A stretch of DNA of 64,000 nucleotides from positions 8,397,001-8,461,000 of the forward strand of contig MU057332.1 in assembly GCA_013239625.1 (NCBI GenBank). The letters run 5' to 3'. A program made the position numbers and the translations under genes. This DNA is from Lama guanicoe. Taxonomy: Eukaryota. The notes beneath the pieces are model-generated. The model was not told where the DNA came from, did no database searches, and saw only the letters and a program-made list of their open reading frames with translations. Positions 59,918-64,000 of the stretch are shown one piece after another; position 1 is the first letter of the stretch; the number at the start of each line of letters is the position of its first letter.

Positions 59918-59968
<51 letters not shown>
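59918..59968 (+). repeat. (TG)~25 microsatellite in DUOX1 3' UTR
   Basis: Perfect dinucleotide run read directly. Confidence 0.95.
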
Positions 59969-59970
<2 letters not shown>

Positions 59971-60395
59971 GGGACTGAGCCTGAGAATGAAGAGAGGGCA
60001 CAGAAGCTGGCATCTTAAAACCCCTTCTCCCAAATCTCCCCCTCCTCTGGGCTCCCCATGTCAAAAAGGTTGTCAAATGCCTTAGAAGGGGTAGGGGGCT
60101 GTACCTACAGAGAGCAATTTGTAGGAACCCCCTCAGCACCCCATTCTAACAGCACAAATGATCTTTTCTCCCAACTTTTTAAACATGTACTATAGTCATA
60201 ACGTGGCCCAACCTGTCTCAGTTCTCAGTTCTTCTCTCCTCTTCCTGCTCTGTCTCTTTACAGATAAACTACTTTTCTGCCCTTAGAGTTTATTTTGCTC
60301 CAGGATAGAGTAGGTACTGGCAGAGGAAGCCACTCATGCAGCCAGCTCACTAAAACTGGTCCAGACAGTCTCTCTGAGCTTGCCAGTATCCACTG

Positions 60396-60401
60396 AATAA
60401 A
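60396..60401 (+). terminator. Probable DUOX1 polyadenylation signal
   Basis: First AATAAA I see after the stop codon (~785 nt downstream). Confidence 0.6.
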
Positions 60402-61049
60402 GGAACCATCGCCCCACCCCAAGCCAAATACTCCAGCTAGAGAGCCCTTTCCCTGATCAGGGGCACCTTTCCTAACAGAGAGGCTCTCAGGGCAGCAAGT
60501 GTGCAGCTTCTGAGGCCTGATCAGGAGGGGCAGAGAGGTGTGGGGGATTCTGGAGAAGGTCGGCTGAGCACAAAGTGGGGGAATAGTGGGACATAGCAGG
60601 AGCCTACAGGGAGCCTGAGTACACCTGGCCTGCTCCAAGACCTCAGTTACTCCCCTGCTCTGAGCAGTGGGAGGGTTGAGTACCTGTGCCTACATGAATC
60701 TTCCAGGTAGCGATATGACAGTGAAGAGACAGTTGAGCGCATCAGTTAGCTTCTTTGGACCTCTGTTTTCTCATCTGCAAAATAACTGAATGCCCTCCAT
60801 GTCTACTTAGATAGGGCAACCTCTGTGAAGGAATTTCTGAAGCAGGACCTAATTTCAAGTGATCCTTTCCATTGTCCTTAGAGAATTCTTACATTTGTCA
60901 GATTACATATCATCGATTTCGATAAACCAGCCACTAGATTAGGAAATCAAAAATCCCCTGCTTCACACCACACTGAGGGGTACAAGTTCAGGTTCTGGAG
61001 GGGGCCCTGAGACTAGCCTCCCAGGGCAGCCGTTTCCCGCAGGTGTTAG

Positions 61050-62100
61050 TTCTGCCAGGTCGTCGGCGGGAGTTTCTGTTTAGCTTGCCCGTCGGAGCAG
61101 GAGGACGGGCCTGAGGTGGTTTGACAGCAGCTCTGCCTGGCGGCCCAGTGTTATTTCCAGGGACTGGGCCCCAGGCCTTCCCGGGTTCCAGCAGTGGGCG
61201 CGGGCCGGGGCGATCCGGTGGTGTGGCCTTGAGGCTAGAGGCACGGCCAGCGGGGGGCGCGCGCGGACAACCCTGCCAGGCTCAGCCAAGGACCCGGCGC
61301 CACAGCTGCCAGGGAGATTCGGGTTGACCAGTTGGCCGCAGGCGTCGGGGGCCGTACCCACCCTTCCGAGGAAGTGCGTCCAAGGGCATGAGGCCGGTCT
61401 CTGCTTCCTCTGGAAAGGGAACACAGTCGGTCGCGCCAGCTTTCCCGCCTCCTCCGGCGCACGGCTTCCGCGTGGCAGTGCCTCCCCGCTCCCTCCCGTC
61501 TGGCGCGCTGCCCCTTTGTCTCTCCGCGGCTCCCCTCCTCCCAGACAAATGGCTGTTGGCAGGAAACTGGACGCGCTCTCAGGGAGTTGGCGCTCGTCGG
61601 GGCGGCGGGGAGAGGGCGTCGCGCGGCCGGCCGGCTCTGGGTGCCCCCAGCCGGGGTGGGAGCGGCGGCGGCGGCGGAGGGGGATGTTTTGACATCTCGT
61701 CAAAGGAAGGAACTTGATGCTTCGAAAGTGCTTTTCACAGCCGGCCTGTGTCTGCTCCAGAACTGATTTATAAATACAATCAGTGCTCGCTCTGCTGTTT
61801 CCCTCCCCCGTCGGCCCGGGGGGCGGCGCTGGAGGCACGGACGCGGCTGTGCCTGGCAGGAATGGGTTTATTTATTGCCTCTGGCCCGTAGCCGGGGCGG
61901 CGCGGGGCCTGCACAAGTTCCCTCCGGCCCTTCCCATCCTTCCCCGCCCCCATGCCATCTCCTTCCCAGGGGTCTGCTTTCCCGAAGCCCCGCACCAGAC
62001 TCTGGAAGGAGCCCACCGGGGTTTGGGGTGGGGGCGGGCGGAGGTGGTCGGGCCACCCCGCCGGCCGCGTACAGCTCCACCCCGCATCCACCTCTCCACA
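61050..62100. promoter_or_regulatory. CpG island between the convergent 3' ends of DUOX1 and SHF
   Basis: High GC and CpG density, CTCF-like motifs at 61188-61201 and 61247-61260. Confidence 0.6.
61867..61876 (-). terminator. SHF polyadenylation signal (overlapping AATAAATAAA)
   Basis: TTTATTTATT on +, ~580 nt after the SHF stop. Confidence 0.7.
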
Positions 62101-62454
62101 CCATGGGGAAGAAGGTGGTGGAGTAGGGGGTCGCCACCTCTGCCCTAGGGGCGGAAAGGGGCTGGAACTATCGATCTTAAACTCCTCAGGACATCATTCT
62201 GAAGCCCCCTTCCTCCAGGAGCTATCCTTTCTTCCCAAGGATCCCTCTATCCTCAGCTCCAGACTGCCTCTCTTACTCCGAGGCCCCAGTAGACCTTCCC
62301 CTTTAGAATAAATTAAGGAATCTCCAGCTTCCATCCCAAGGAGAAGGGAAGAAACGCTCGAGAGATCCTGCGGACCCGGGAAGGGCCACAGCCCTCAGCC
62401 AGGGGACGGGCACAGGGCTGGATCCAGATCTGTCACAGTGCCTGGGCCTCACAT

Positions 62455-62641
62455 CTACAGAGTCCGGATGGCCACGGGGTAGAGCAGAGACATGTGCTCG
62501 GCCCCCTTAATGGGCAGCTTGCGGCTGGCGTAGTGGTGCACGATTTCAGGGACGCTGCTGAAGGGTGGGCTGTTCTGGCCCAGCACGTACTTGTGTTCCT
62601 TGGTCCGGGACAGCTTCATATGCATGAAGCCCTGACTGCTC
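62455..62641 (-). CDS. SHF: SH2 domain-containing adapter protein F, last coding exon (upstream exons outside window)
   Basis: Acceptor CCCAG at 62642-62646 on -. Encodes SSQGFMHMKLSRTKEHKYVLGQNSPPFSSVPEIVHHYASRKLPIKGAEHMSLLYPVAIRTL-TAG, the C-terminal part of an SHB-family SH2 domain. SHF is the known DUOX1 neighbour. Confidence 0.93.
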
Positions 62642-64000
62642 CTGGGAAGAGGAGGGGAGACCTGGTGAGTGGGGCCCTCTCCAGTACCCCCTCTTCCCTC
62701 CCCTCCCCTGGCAGCAAACATGGTTGTTCCAAGCCAGCTGAGGGCGGGAGGTGACTAGGGAAGGTTGAGGTCAGTCCAGAATGCAGGGAGGGGATGGAGA
62801 GGATTTGGGGAGTAGGCAGCAGCAGGCATTGGCTTTGTGGTGAGGGCACTGGGTGTGCCGAGAATGTGTGTGTAGTGAGTGTACCGGGTGTGTGCAGGTG
62901 GAAACGAGCGATCAGCACCACCCCCCACCCAGTCACCCCTGCCCCCCAGCCTATGTGGCCAGAGCCAGTTTAGCCTCCCCCTCCTTGAGCTGTGCGGAAG
63001 GACATCTGTGGTGGTGGTGCTCCTAGTGACTCACAGACACCCCTGGCAGAACAGTGGGTGCAAAGATGTAACAATCAAGGGAATCTTGGTTGAGGTTCTT
63101 TCTTGCAAAGACTAGACGAGGAGGGTGAGCTGCTCTGGGCATTCCCCTCAAGTCTGAGAATACTCAGCTTCCTTATCCTGGGGACATCCCTTCACCCTCT
63201 TGCTAACTGGGCCTTGGGCCATTCCCCCAGCTCATCTGTCCAGCTCTGCTGCCTGGGATGACATCATCGGTGAGGATGCAGCTCCATTCCCTTCCTCAGA
63301 GAGGACTCGCTCCACTGCCTCTCCCATCTCCCCACCACAATCCAGGAAATCAGCATTACTGCCTAGCCCACAAGACAAGGACCCTGCTGCTCAGAGCTCT
63401 GGCCAGGTCCCAGCAAGAACGTCTGTCCAAACTACCACAGGCCTGGGTGGAAACAGGCAAGGGGGAAATAAGGCTTGGAGGAGCCCTGAAGCCTGAGTGT
63501 TTCTGCTGGTCAGAGCTGATGTGGGGACCAGGGCAGGCTCAGAAGCTGGTGTAGGAGGTGGGACTGGTGAGGGGGCTGCCTCATCGTGTGGCCCCCACCC
63601 TTGAGAGGTGAGGCTGGCAAACCTTCTCCCTTGCTTCCCCTGTCTGGGTACAAAGAGGGCTCTGACTGGACCCATTTCCCTAGGCCCAAAGATGAGAAAG
63701 CAGGGAGAGTGGGGAGACTAAAGAGGAAAGGGAAGGGAAGGAAAAAAGGGCCCTTAATCCCATTCTTCCCTCCCCCCTCAAATACAGATGCAAGCAGGCC
63801 AGAGGCCCCAGGGCTGGGTGTGTGTGTCAGGGTGTGGGGGTATCCTTCATCTGCAGGTCTGAGATAATGGCTGAAGCTACAGAGACCAAGCAGGCCTTGG
63901 GGAAAAGACCAAAAGGCCTGAGGAGAATGTACAGCCCCTGGGGCAGTGGAGAGGGGAGGCAGTGAGTGGTCACTCCCCCCCAACCCCGCCCTATGCCAAA

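Noticed and set aside
61080-61838. 252-aa ORF on the minus strand
   Set aside because: Low-complexity Pro/Arg/Gly translation of a CpG island with a non-ATG start and no recognisable domain.

Overview
Mammalian genomic DNA containing the dual-oxidase cluster: DUOX2 (- strand, 3' end runs off the left edge), DUOXA2 (+), DUOXA1 (-), DUOX1 (+, complete apart from two gap-affected exons) and the last coding exon of SHF (-). Each oxidase is head-to-head with its maturation factor and the two DUOXA genes are tail-to-tail, so the locus is a large ancient inverted duplication. All visible exons splice in frame: DUOXA2 320 aa, DUOXA1 341 aa, DUOX1 about 1553 aa if a 91-nt exon lies in a gap. The most striking structure is a nested set of inverted DUOX2/DUOX1 identity tracts. 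The largest is about 1.5 kb, apparently 100% identical including four introns, and points to recent gene conversion or assembly collapse. A crossover there would invert the 22-kb interior and swap promoters and N-termini in frame. Smaller observations: a GC-AG intron in DUOX1, a degenerate ~24-bp tandem array in the last DUOX1 intron, a poly(A)-only retro-insertion with a 16-bp TSD, CTCF-like motifs and three N gaps that sit on exons. I found no convincing new gene or new system beyond these. Exon numbers count the non-coding first exon as exon 1.
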